Assembly: GCA_965208125.1 (NCBI GenBank)
Contig: OZ242320.1
Coordinates: 3,072,001-3,136,000 of the forward strand
DNA length: 64,000 nucleotides
Source of the DNA: Candidatus Latescibacterota bacterium
GTDB lineage: Bacteria; Latescibacterota; UBA2968
Direction: 5' to 3'
Shown piece after piece: positions 10,601 to 19,286 of the stretch (positions within the stretch are counted from its first letter, which is position 1; the number at the start of each line of letters is the position of its first letter). Under the pieces are notes generated by a model that worked only from the letters and a program-made list of their open reading frames with translations, searched no databases and had not been told where the DNA came from. The translations under genes and the position numbers were made by a program.

Positions 10601-11589
10601 TGCGCGATTTGCCGGAACATTTGCAGATGCGCGTGGAAGTTCGGGATGAGAAAGAGAAGGCGATTGTGGCAGCGCGGGATTTGCGCGTGTTGCGCGAGCA
10701 GTTAGATGCGCGCGAAGAAGATGTGCAGTCCGATGCGTGGGTGCGGGCGCAAAAGCAGGTGGCGCGCCGAGATGTGACGGGGCAGACGATAGGTGAATTG
10801 CCCGAGCGCGTAGAGGTGATGCAAGCTGGTGGGATGCCGGTGTTTGGCTATGTGGGGTTGAGGCGCGAGGGGGATCGCGTGGATGTGTGTTTGTTTAAGC
10901 GCGCAGACGAGGCAGAACGCGAGACTCAGGCGGGTTGGATGCGGTTGTGCGAGCGCGAAATGCGGGATGAGATGCGGGCGTTGAGACGGTCTTTGGGCGA
11001 TTTGGCGCAGTTTGAGGGCGGGCGCGAGGCTTTGCGCGAGGGCGCGTACGCAAATTTAATGGCGCATCTGTTCACGCGCGACACGGCGTTTCCCATCACG
11101 CGCCAGCGCTTTGATTCGCGCGTTCAACAGGCGCGGTTGTATTTGCAGCATCTGGCGCCGCAATTGATTCAGGCGATGGAATCGCTGTTTGAAACGCATC
11201 GAGAAATTCGCCTGTTGCGCAGTGGATATCCCGAGATGGAGGCCGATCTCGCGCGTTTGATGCCGACGGATTTTTTGCGACAAACGCCTTATGATCAGGT
11301 GTTGCATTTGGGTCGGTTTTTGAAGGCGATTGTGATACGGGCCGAACGCGCGATGCTCGATCCTATGAAGGACCGACAAAAGGCCGAGCAGGTTCAACCC
11401 TTTCAAGATGCGGTGGATGAATTGATGGATTCGGAGTTGACGGGGGCGAAGCGCGATGCCGTGCAGGCGTTGCGGTGGATGGTCGAGGAGTTTCGGGTGT
11501 CGGTTTTTGCACAGGAACTCGGTACGGCGCAAAAGGTGTCGCCAAAGCGATTGTACGATAAATTGGAGCAGGTGAGAGGGATGGCGTAG
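7696..11589 (+). CDS. hrpA: ATP-dependent RNA helicase HrpA
   Basis: GETGSGKTTQLP, DEAH, SAT, QRAGRCGR, C-terminal RWMVEEFRVSVFAQELGT (DUF3418). Confidence 0.95.
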   Translation: MASKNEQIKKRRSRRKRPSPMSSVWSLLPACMLKDGMEIARQLRQIQRQKRRDTTRLKKLKVQAERSAALRKDRGENPLHLTYPEALPITARKDEIVRAIREHPVVIVAGETGSGKTTQLPKMCLEAGRGVAAKIACTQPRRVAALSVSRRIAEELNVAWGAEVGCKIRFKDETAPETRIKMMTDGMLLAEIQGDPNLYEYDTVIVDEAHERSLNIDFLLGYLRLLQKRRPELRIVITSATIDTEAFSKAFDNAPIIEVSGRMYPVDVQYWPLEDLAGETYIDAAVTAVDMVVDAGRGDVLVFMPTEKDIHETRRRLEGRHFRFTEVLPLFGRLTAGDQQKVFHKQRYRRIVVATNIAETSITIPGIRYVIDTGLARISRHNPRNQTHRLPVEEVSQSSARQRAGRCGRVQNGVCIRLYDEKSFLARPEYTQPEIQRSDLAEVILRMIALRLGDVETFPFIDPPRSQAIQGGFNVLRALDAIDDHKRLTPLGRDMARLPLAPTVSRMILQARKERALREVLVIASAISIQDPRVRPLEQEKAADQEHRRFVDGESDFIALLNIWKAYHDTFEKLRTQSQMRKFCKQHFLSFNRMREWRDIYMQIRHTLREMGDFRMNRDDAGYDAIHRSVVSGLLGNVAQKKEGNMYRAARGRDVMLFPGSGLFQRKEGREKDKKSTPGWVVAAEVVETSRLFARTVARVQPSWLVELGAHLCRASYKEPFYSMRSGRVLATETLTLHGLQVGQKRVGYGGVDASAATEIFIREALVNDEVALPYEFVAQNRDLRARVETWQMQQRLMQFLDLDEAAYRFYAERLENISSTHDLNRLIKRKGADFLLMSEKHLAGEQVDFDRDAFPNFLEVDGERVPLSYAYRPGQDRDGVTLQLPYKLVHFVQSEVLDWLVPGLLEEKITHLLRGLPKSIRKRFVPVPDKAREIAAILQPTHGAFLDSLSAHILSHYGIEISQGDWNVRDLPEHLQMRVEVRDEKEKAIVAARDLRVLREQLDAREEDVQSDAWVRAQKQVARRDVTGQTIGELPERVEVMQAGGMPVFGYVGLRREGDRVDVCLFKRADEAERETQAGWMRLCEREMRDEMRALRRSLGDLAQFEGGREALREGAYANLMAHLFTRDTAFPITRQRFDSRVQQARLYLQHLAPQLIQAMESLFETHREIRLLRSGYPEMEADLARLMPTDFLRQTPYDQVLHLGRFLKAIVIRAERAMLDPMKDRQKAEQVQPFQDAVDELMDSELTGAKRDAVQALRWMVEEFRVSVFAQELGTAQKVSPKRLYDKLEQVRGMA

Positions 11590-11592
11590 TTT

Positions 11593-13371
11593 ATGAGTCT
11601 CAATTTTTTTAAACCCTTTGCGGAGTATGTGTATCCCCATCGATGGAAGATTTTCTGGGGATTGGTGCTGTTGCTGGGTACGCAGGTGGTTCAGGCGCTC
11701 GTTCCGTTGTTGATGAAATGGGCGATTGATACGGCTAAAGCGGGGCTGGATGCTGGAGATCTTACAGGCGATGTGGTCGATACAATCACGGGCAGCCCGA
11801 TGGGCGATTTGCAGATGTACGGGGCGCTCATGGTTGCACTTGGCATCGCGCAATGGGGCATGTCATTTGGGATGCGCTGGTTTATTGCCAGTGCGTCTCG
11901 TTTTATAGAGCGCGATATTCGCACGATTTATGTGCGACATATTGTGCGGCTACCGCTGAGTTTTTTTCAGGCGCAGCGCGTGGGCGATTTAATGGCGCGG
12001 GCGACCAATGATGTGGAAGCGATTCAGCGGTTTTTTTATTTTGCGTATCGCCTGTCGCTACAGGCGGTTTTGAGTTTTGTGCTTAGTCTCATTTTGATGT
12101 GCATCATTGACTGGCAGTTGGCTCTTTTGGCACTGGCTCCTATGCCCGTGATGGCTTTTTGTGCTCGGTGGGTCGGGCAAAAGGTGCGCGTGGGATACCG
12201 CCGGGTTCAGGAACAATTTGCCGCTGTCAGTTCAAAAATTCAGGAGAATTTGACGGGTATGCGAATGGTCAAAGCCTTTGCCATGCGCCCGCTCGAGATT
12301 GTGGATTTCGGGATTCTCAATGAAGAATACGTCACGCGCAATCGCCATTTGATTAAAATCCGCAGTCTGTATTATCCGTTCACGTTTTTGTTGAGCGGTG
12401 TTTCTATGATTGTGATTTTGTGGCTGGGCGGTCTGCGGGTGATTGAGGGGAGTTTGAGTCTGGGGGCATTTGTGGCGTTCAATGCGTATTTGCTGCGTAT
12501 GAGTCGCCCGATGTCGATGTTGGGGCGAATTGTCGATGAGTATCAACGCGCTGTGGCTTCGCTGAGGCGTATTGAAGAGGTTTTGAAAATATCGCCGCAA
12601 CCCGATGTGAAGGGTGGTACAACAGATGGTATCACGGGGGAGATCGAGTTTCGCAACGCAAATTTTTCGTACAATGGTCGGCGCGTGCTCAAAGATATCA
12701 ATCTTCGGATTCCAGCGGGGAGTACGCTTGCCGTGGTGGGACGCGTGGGTTCGGGAAAATCCACGCTGGCGCGGTTGATCCCCAGGTTGATTCAGGCGAA
12801 TGAGGGACAGGTTTTGATCGATGGCAAGCCGGTGGAAGATATACCGCTTCAGACCATTCGTGACGCGACCGGATATGTGCCGCAGGATGCTTTTTTGTTT
12901 TCGGATACGATTCGGGAAAATGTGGCTTTGGGCACGCGGGCAGAGGGCGATGTTGCGCGCGCGACCGAGATTTCGCAATTGGCTCCGGATTTGCACCTTT
13001 TTCCCGAGCACCTGGAGACGATTGTGGGAGAGCGAGGGGTCACGCTTTCGGGGGGACAAAAACAGCGCACGGCAATTGCGCGTGCGGTGATCCGGGAGCC
13101 GCGGATTCTGATTATGGACGATGCTTTGGCCAGCGTGGATACGCGGACTGAAGAAGAGATTCTCAAACATTTGCGCGAAATTATGGCTTCGCGTACGACG
13201 ATTTTGATTGCCCATCGCATTTCGACTGTGAAAGATGCCGATCATATTATTGTGCTGGATGAGGGGCGCATTGTAGAGCAGGGGTCACACGACGATTTGG
13301 TTGAGCACGATGGGATTTATGCAGATATGTTTCGACGCCAGCATCTGGCTCAAGAATTGGAAATATTGTAA
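11593..13371 (+). CDS. ABC exporter, fused permease/ATPase (heterodimer subunit 1)
   Basis: TM domain, GRVGSGKST, LSGGQKQR, degenerate Walker B IMDDA. Confidence 0.92.
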   Translation: MSLNFFKPFAEYVYPHRWKIFWGLVLLLGTQVVQALVPLLMKWAIDTAKAGLDAGDLTGDVVDTITGSPMGDLQMYGALMVALGIAQWGMSFGMRWFIASASRFIERDIRTIYVRHIVRLPLSFFQAQRVGDLMARATNDVEAIQRFFYFAYRLSLQAVLSFVLSLILMCIIDWQLALLALAPMPVMAFCARWVGQKVRVGYRRVQEQFAAVSSKIQENLTGMRMVKAFAMRPLEIVDFGILNEEYVTRNRHLIKIRSLYYPFTFLLSGVSMIVILWLGGLRVIEGSLSLGAFVAFNAYLLRMSRPMSMLGRIVDEYQRAVASLRRIEEVLKISPQPDVKGGTTDGITGEIEFRNANFSYNGRRVLKDINLRIPAGSTLAVVGRVGSGKSTLARLIPRLIQANEGQVLIDGKPVEDIPLQTIRDATGYVPQDAFLFSDTIRENVALGTRAEGDVARATEISQLAPDLHLFPEHLETIVGERGVTLSGGQKQRTAIARAVIREPRILIMDDALASVDTRTEEEILKHLREIMASRTTILIAHRISTVKDADHIIVLDEGRIVEQGSHDDLVEHDGIYADMFRRQHLAQELEIL

Positions 13372-15125
13372 TGGAAGAAGAGGAAATTGGTCATAAGGGT
13401 TTTGATCTGCGTTTGATGGCGCGGTTGATGAACTTTCTCAGGCCCTACGCCTGGTGGGTTGTTCTCACGTTTGTGCTCATCATTGTCGCATCGGTTGTGC
13501 GGCAGGCCGGGCCTTATTTGACCAAGATTGCGGTGGATGATTATATCGTGCCGGGAGATGTGGATGGGTTGACCTATCTGGTCATGATCTATGTCGGTTT
13601 GCTTGTCGCGCAATTTGGCGTGGGGTATTGCCAGAGTTGGACGACCAATATGATCGGGCAATGGGCTATGCACGATGTGCGGTTGCAGATTTTTATGCAT
13701 TTGCAGCGGTTGCCCATGCGATATTTCGACCGCACGCCTGTGGGCCGTTTGATGGCGCGCAATACAAATGATGTGGATGCCCTCAACGAGTTGTTTACCG
13801 ATGGCATTGTGTCGATGATCAGCGATATTTTTACGATTATCACGATTCTCGCATACATTTTTTATATGGATGTCACGCTCGGTTTGATGATCTGTCTCGC
13901 ATTGCCGGTGGCTTTTGTCGCAACCGTGTGGCTTCAGAATAAGACCTTTTTTGCGTATCGCGTTGCGCGCACGCTGTTCGCGCGATTTAGTTCTTCGTTG
14001 CAGGAGACCGTGTCCGGGATGGAGGTGGTGCAGTTATTCGGTTGCGAAGATCGCTGTGTGAAGCGGTTTGAAGATCCGAATAAAGAGTATCTGGATGCGC
14101 GGCTAAAGAGTACGTATTACCATGCGATTTATTTTCCGATTATGGAGTTGGGCGGTGTTTTGTTGTCTGCATTGGTGTTGTGGTATGGCGGCGCGCGCGT
14201 GCTGGACGAGGAGATCCAGTGGGGCGTGCTCGTGGCGATGTTGCAGTATGTTCCGCGGTTTTTTATGCCTCTCCGCGATATTGCCGATCGCTTTACCGTG
14301 CTTCAGGTTGCAATGGCGTCTTCAGAGCGCATTTTTGAATTGCTGGATGCGGAGCCTGAATCGCCTGGTGGCTCTGTGACGGCCGATCATCTGAAGGGTG
14401 AGATCGAGTTTCAAAATGTCTGGTTTGCGTACAATGAAGGCGAATGGGTGTTGCGCGGTGTGTCTTTTCGCGTTGCGCCAGGGCAGAGTTTGGCATTGGT
14501 CGGGGCAACGGGCGCGGGTAAGAGTACGGTGATTGGTCTGGTGTGTCGGTTTTACGATATTCAGCGGGGTGCGATTCTGGTAGATGGTGTCGATATTCGC
14601 GAGTGGGATGTCGAGGAGCTTCGCAGGCGCATTGGGGTTGTGCAACAGGATGTTTTTCTTTTTGCTGGCGATATTGAAGCCAATATCGGTCTGGGACATC
14701 CGCGCATTAGCCGCCAGGAGATTGAGCAAGCCGCACGGGATGTAAATGCGGACCGGTTTATCGATAAATTGCCCGATACCTATCAGCACGATGTGCAGGA
14801 GCGGGGGAGTTCGCTTTCGGTCGGGCAGCGTCAGTTGATATCTTTTGCGCGTACGCTGGCTTCTGGACCGGATATTCTCATTCTTGATGAGGCGACGGCG
14901 AATGTGGATACGGAGACCGAGATGTGGATTCAGGATGCGGTGGCAAAATTGATGCGGTCGCGGACTTCGATTGCGATTGCACACCGTCTTTCTACTATTC
15001 GAAATGCGGATAATATTCTGGTGATGCACCGCGGTCAAATCCGCGAGGAAGGCGACCACGATACGCTGCTCAAGCAGAATGGGATTTATGCCCGGCTTTA
15101 TCAGTTGCAGTATCAAGAGGAATAG
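13371..15125 (+). CDS. ABC exporter, fused permease/ATPase (heterodimer subunit 2)
   Basis: TM domain, GATGAGKST, LSVGQRQ, LDEAT; start overlaps the previous stop. Confidence 0.92.
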   Translation: MEEEEIGHKGFDLRLMARLMNFLRPYAWWVVLTFVLIIVASVVRQAGPYLTKIAVDDYIVPGDVDGLTYLVMIYVGLLVAQFGVGYCQSWTTNMIGQWAMHDVRLQIFMHLQRLPMRYFDRTPVGRLMARNTNDVDALNELFTDGIVSMISDIFTIITILAYIFYMDVTLGLMICLALPVAFVATVWLQNKTFFAYRVARTLFARFSSSLQETVSGMEVVQLFGCEDRCVKRFEDPNKEYLDARLKSTYYHAIYFPIMELGGVLLSALVLWYGGARVLDEEIQWGVLVAMLQYVPRFFMPLRDIADRFTVLQVAMASSERIFELLDAEPESPGGSVTADHLKGEIEFQNVWFAYNEGEWVLRGVSFRVAPGQSLALVGATGAGKSTVIGLVCRFYDIQRGAILVDGVDIREWDVEELRRRIGVVQQDVFLFAGDIEANIGLGHPRISRQEIEQAARDVNADRFIDKLPDTYQHDVQERGSSLSVGQRQLISFARTLASGPDILILDEATANVDTETEMWIQDAVAKLMRSRTSIAIAHRLSTIRNADNILVMHRGQIREEGDHDTLLKQNGIYARLYQLQYQEE

Positions 15126-15156
15126 GGGATCGTTCTTTATTTTAAGGAGGTACACC

Positions 15157-16038
15157 ATGCTGTTCGGAGAAGGCGATTATCGGTACGAGGAAGTTGAGGG
15201 TTGGGCGAAGTTGCCCGAGGGATGGGTGTTTACACAGGTGTCGGATGCTGCGGTGGATTCACAGGGCCGCATTTACGCCTTTACGCGCGGGATTCATCCC
15301 GTGGTCGTGTTTGATAAGGATGGCAATTTTATTACGTCGTGGGGGTATGGCGATTTTGGTATTTCGCCGAATTTGATCAGTCAGTCACACGGTATTTTTA
15401 TCGATCCGGACGATAAGGTGTTTTTGACCGATTCGTTTCAGCATATTGTCAGGCGTTATACCCGTTTGGGCGAATTGGAGCGCGAATGGGGCAATCGCGG
15501 GGTTCCGGGTCCGACGTTTCACCGCAGGGAATACAATATGCCTACGGGTGTTGCTTATGCGCCAGATGGCAATTCGTTTTACGTGTCGGATGGGTATGGC
15601 AGCCGGTGTGTTCACAAGTATTCGCGCGAGGGCGAGCATATCGGGGTGTGGGGCGAAGGGGGGAGTGGACCGGGGCAGTTTGCATTGGTACACAATATTG
15701 GATGCGATAAGACCGGGCGGGTTCTGGTGTGCGACCGGGAGAATAGCCGCATTCAGATTTTTGATCCAGATGGCAAGTTTATGGAGATGTGGACCGATGT
15801 GATGATGCCGGGCGATGTGTGGATTACGGATGACAATACGATTTATGTGGCAGAGCAAGGGGGCGGGGGACGCATCAGTGTGTGGTCTGCTGATGGGGAA
15901 TTGATTTGCCGCTTTCAAGATCAGAGTGCTGTGCAGTCGCCGCACGGGCTTTGCGTGGATGACGAGGGTAGTATTTATGTGGCTGAGATCGGTATGGGTG
16001 GACAGGGACAGCGGTTGCAAAAATTTGCGAGGGTTTAG
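15157..16038 (+). CDS. NHL-repeat beta-propeller protein (peptidyl-alpha-hydroxyglycine lyase-like)
   Basis: Repeated HGI..D, YVSDGYG, G.GPGQF.L.H, DRENSRIQIF; AAGGAGG RBS. Confidence 0.85.
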   Translation: MLFGEGDYRYEEVEGWAKLPEGWVFTQVSDAAVDSQGRIYAFTRGIHPVVVFDKDGNFITSWGYGDFGISPNLISQSHGIFIDPDDKVFLTDSFQHIVRRYTRLGELEREWGNRGVPGPTFHRREYNMPTGVAYAPDGNSFYVSDGYGSRCVHKYSREGEHIGVWGEGGSGPGQFALVHNIGCDKTGRVLVCDRENSRIQIFDPDGKFMEMWTDVMMPGDVWITDDNTIYVAEQGGGGRISVWSADGELICRFQDQSAVQSPHGLCVDDEGSIYVAEIGMGGQGQRLQKFARV

Positions 16039-16072
16039 AGTTTTTAAGTAATCACAATATAGGGAGGGGTTT

Positions 16073-16816
16073 ATGGCTACACCAAATCGCATTCTCGAGC
16101 GTTATCGCAATGGCGAAAAAGCCGTTGGCGTGCAGATGAGTTTTGTTTCAGAAATTGTGATCGAAGTGGCGGCTAAGATGGGGATGGATTTTATTTCGCT
16201 GGATGGGCAGCACGGCGCATTGACGCTGCCGACTATTGAGACGGTCTGTCGCCTTTGCGATGCCTATGGTATGACGCCCACTATGCGGGTTGTGGATCAG
16301 TCTGAGGCGGCTATTTTGACGGCGCTGGACCGGGGTATGCAGATGATTACGGTGCCCAATTTGCAGACTGCTGAAGAGGCTGAGCGGATTGTCCAGTTTG
16401 GTTTTTACGGGCCTTTGGGTCGGCGGAGCGCGATGAGCCAGCGCGTGGCTTATGGTTTGAACGATACCAGTGATAGTCGGAAGATTTTTGAGTTTACAAA
16501 TGACAATACCATTATTGTGCCGCAGCTCGAGAGCAAGACGGCTTTTGACAATTTGGATGAGATTCTTCAGGTTGATGGGCTTATGTTTTTTGCGGGTGGT
16601 CCTCAAGATATTGCGCAGTCTATGGGGTATCCCGGAGAGCCGAATCATCCAGAGTGCATAGCGGCGTATGAGGCGGCGTGTGATAAGGTACGTGCGGCGG
16701 GGAAGCACATGAGTGGCGATGTGATGGTTAGTTTGGATGCCTTTGGGGCGATCTACGATGCGGGGAAGGCGTTGCTCGAAGCACACGGCCGCGAGTGTGG
16801 TATGAAGATTGGGTAA
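16073..16816 (+). CDS. HpcH/HpaI aldolase family protein
   Basis: DGQHG, P.GRRS, QLES, GPQD.A.SMG.PG. Confidence 0.88.
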   Translation: MATPNRILERYRNGEKAVGVQMSFVSEIVIEVAAKMGMDFISLDGQHGALTLPTIETVCRLCDAYGMTPTMRVVDQSEAAILTALDRGMQMITVPNLQTAEEAERIVQFGFYGPLGRRSAMSQRVAYGLNDTSDSRKIFEFTNDNTIIVPQLESKTAFDNLDEILQVDGLMFFAGGPQDIAQSMGYPGEPNHPECIAAYEAACDKVRAAGKHMSGDVMVSLDAFGAIYDAGKALLEAHGRECGMKIG

Positions 16817-16836
16817 AGATATCGGTGTACGATATT

Positions 16837-16863
16837 GTAGGGGCGGTGCCCCCGTGCCCGCCC
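16837..16863 (+). repeat. REP-like element GTAGGGGCGGTGCCCCCGTGCCCGCCC
   Basis: Near-identical copies at 38182-38208 and 38656-38681. Confidence 0.75.
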
Positions 16864-16882
16864 GCTTGGTGGCAGGGTGGGG

Positions 16883-16929
16883 TTCGTCTATTCGTTGATT
16901 CGTTGATTCGCTGATTCGTCTATTCGTTT
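16883..16929 (+). repeat. Degenerate 8-bp tandem repeat (TTCGTYKA, about 6 units)
   Basis: ttcgtcta ttcgttga ttcgttga ttcgctga ttcgtcta ttcgttt. Confidence 0.8.
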
Positions 16930-16934
16930 GCGAG

Positions 16935-18350
16935 GTGCATTTGTCTAAGGCACAGGTTGCATCCGGGGAGGCAGAACCGCTGTCTCCTCGGGCGGCTCGG
17001 CGCGTGTTGATTAGCCTGATGTTTTCGTCTATGCTGATGCCTATGGTGGCTGGCATGTCGCGGGTTGCACTGCCGGTTATTCGGGATGATTTTGGGATTC
17101 CAGCAGATTTGACGGCGTGGGTTCTGGCAGCTTTTATGCTGCCTTTTGTCGTTTTGATGCCGATTTATGGGCGTTTGAGCGATGGCGTTGACCGGCGGTT
17201 GTTGATTCTGCTGGGGACTGTGATTTTTGGCGTTGGTTCTGCGATGACATTTCTGGCACCGAATATGCGCTGGTTGATGGCTGGCAGAGCGATTCAGGGT
17301 ATTGGCGTGGGGGGGATGACGCCGATGGGTATGGCGTTGCTTGTGTCGATTTTTAGTGCGGGAGAGCGCGGGCGCGTCCTGGGTACGTGGAGTGCGGTGG
17401 GACCGGCGATGAGTTTTTCGTCGTCGTTTGTCGCGGGTCTTCTCATTGCGCTTTGGGGGTGGCGCGCCGCTTTTGTGCCGGGGCTTTTGCTCAGTGTTGT
17501 GACTTTTGTCGCGATTTACAGGGGGGTGCCTTCTCAGGTGATTGGGGAGGCATCTAAATTTTTGCGGCAGTTTGATTGGGGCGGGGTCGGGCTGTTGTCG
17601 GGTGGGATTGTGTTTTTGATGTTTTATCTGTCCAGTCGGTCTGTGACGGGGGTTGCCCCGTTTGAGGATTGGCGATTGCTTTTGGGCGCGGGAGTGTTTT
17701 TCGCGGGTTTCTGGTGGTGGGAAAGAGGGCGGAGAGATCCTTTTCTTCCGCTCAATTTTTTTGGCAATCGCATGTTTTGCCGGGTGACGTTTTGCGCTTC
17801 GATGCGGATGTTTGTGCAGGGCGGTATTGGGGTGTTGATGCCGCTGTATCTGGTCGATGTTCACCGCATGGGGCCGGCACTGTTGGGCGTGTTTTTGATT
17901 ATTAGTTCTGCGGCGATGACGCTGATTGTGCGGTTTGGCGGGCAGATGTCCGATCGTTTTCAGAGTCGGTGGCTGGTGATGATTGGGATGTTTGTGCAGT
18001 TGACGGTGATGCTGGGCTTTGCCCATTTGTCCGATTCGATTTCGACATGGGTTATTGCTGGCCTACTGGCGTACTACGGGCTTGGGGCGGGGTTGATGCT
18101 GGCTGCATTGCACAGTACGGTTATGGGGACTGTCGATTCAGACCAGATGGGTGCTGCTGCAGGGCTTTATAGTATGTTGCGGTTTATGGGTATGGCGATC
18201 AGTACAGCACTGGTCGGGGTGGTGTTGCAGTTTTTCTTCGATGCAAATCTGGCTACACTCGACGCGTACCAGAAGGTGTTTATGGTGCTTGCGATATTTC
18301 CCGTTCTGGGGATGATGGTGGGGTTTGGGTTGCGAGAAAATAGGGGATGA
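16935..18350 (+). CDS. MFS transporter (DHA2/EmrB-like, about 14 TM)
   Basis: GRLSDGVDRR motif A, GRAIQGIG, many TM helices. Confidence 0.92.
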   Translation: MHLSKAQVASGEAEPLSPRAARRVLISLMFSSMLMPMVAGMSRVALPVIRDDFGIPADLTAWVLAAFMLPFVVLMPIYGRLSDGVDRRLLILLGTVIFGVGSAMTFLAPNMRWLMAGRAIQGIGVGGMTPMGMALLVSIFSAGERGRVLGTWSAVGPAMSFSSSFVAGLLIALWGWRAAFVPGLLLSVVTFVAIYRGVPSQVIGEASKFLRQFDWGGVGLLSGGIVFLMFYLSSRSVTGVAPFEDWRLLLGAGVFFAGFWWWERGRRDPFLPLNFFGNRMFCRVTFCASMRMFVQGGIGVLMPLYLVDVHRMGPALLGVFLIISSAAMTLIVRFGGQMSDRFQSRWLVMIGMFVQLTVMLGFAHLSDSISTWVIAGLLAYYGLGAGLMLAALHSTVMGTVDSDQMGAAAGLYSMLRFMGMAISTALVGVVLQFFFDANLATLDAYQKVFMVLAIFPVLGMMVGFGLRENRG

Positions 18351-18475
18351 AATACGTCAATCATCACTCAATAGCCAAGGTTATATACGATAGTTAAAGA
18401 CTTGACGCTGTAGATAAAAAAAAGCCTCCAATTAAAAGGGGGTTATGTAGGATAGTGACCGGGCATATAGAGGCT

Positions 18476-19129
18476 TTACTGCCATTCTGGTGGTTTACGA
18501 AAAGTACCATTCGCATCAGTCAGTGTACCAGGAAGTTGACTGCGCTTAAGAATGCTGGGTCTAATTTCGCCTATAAACGTGGCGTATCTTTGAAGGTCTC
18601 TTGATTTTCTAATTATCTTTCGTGTGCCTGTATGTGGATCAATTGCACCAGTAGGAAATGCGACACCTACCTTCAGGTTTAGGTCTTGGGTCACAATTCG
18701 TAAGGCTTCTGATAAATCAGAATCATTTGATACAACAATAGCAACATCATAATCCTTTTTGTAAGCATCGTTTAACAGATGAACAGCCAAATTGACATCT
18801 GAACTTTTTTCTTCGGTTCTCAAAACTTCCACAGTGTTATGTGGTGGTGATGCTAATGGTAGTCTAACTTTGCGGGTCTGAAATCTTCCTTCAATAATTT
18901 CAATTTGTGAAAAAGTCCTTAAAGCCCGCAAATATATTTGTTGACGTACTGGTTTTCCCATGTCATCAGGGCGCGATTGTACAACCGAAGTGAAATACTT
19001 AATTTTATGAATCGTGTTTTGCGGGTATCTTTTTTGAACTAATTTAACTATATCCAACCACTTATAAGGCGTACCCTGAACGGCTCTATAATATAAATTA
19101 AGCCCATCAATATAGATATTTGTTTTCAT
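18476..19129 (-). CDS. NYN/LabA-DUF88 (PIN-fold) ribonuclease
   Basis: YIDGLNLYY, EEKSSDVNLA, VSNDSDL acidic catalytic motifs. Confidence 0.9.
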   Translation of the reverse strand: MKTNIYIDGLNLYYRAVQGTPYKWLDIVKLVQKRYPQNTIHKIKYFTSVVQSRPDDMGKPVRQQIYLRALRTFSQIEIIEGRFQTRKVRLPLASPPHNTVEVLRTEEKSSDVNLAVHLLNDAYKKDYDVAIVVSNDSDLSEALRIVTQDLNLKVGVAFPTGAIDPHTGTRKIIRKSRDLQRYATFIGEIRPSILKRSQLPGTLTDANGTFRKPPEWQ

Positions 19130-19139
19130 TAAATCCCCT

Positions 19140-19212
19140 AAAAATACAGGAGCCGTATAAAGATTCTATACGGCTCCGTGCCCTGCTCCCGAAGCAACAG
19201 GGGTGGTTAATT
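19140..19212 (-). ncRNA. Candidate ~70-nt structured leader or antitoxin RNA upstream of the NYN gene
   Basis: Hairpin CCCUGUU-G-cUUCGg-G-AGCAGGG, then terminator stem GGAGCCGUAUAGA/UUUAUACGGCUCC with U-rich tail; G-U pairs fit the minus strand. Confidence 0.6.
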
Positions 19213-19218
19213 ATTTGT

Positions 19219-19247
19219 ATTATACAAAAGTAATAGCATAATATCAA
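19219..19247 (-). promoter_or_regulatory. Sigma70-type promoter for the leader RNA and NYN gene
   Basis: TTGATA-17 nt-TATAAT on the minus strand. Confidence 0.75.
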
Positions 19248-19286
19248 GTTTTTTTGGTCACTATTCTACATAATCCCCTGTGGGAC

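Noticed and set aside
8437-10620. 727-aa minus-strand ORF (also 12232-13245, 16920-18026, 38622-39881)
   Set aside because: Antisense shadows of well-supported genes (hrpA, ABC exporter, MFS, sulfatase); no recognisable motifs
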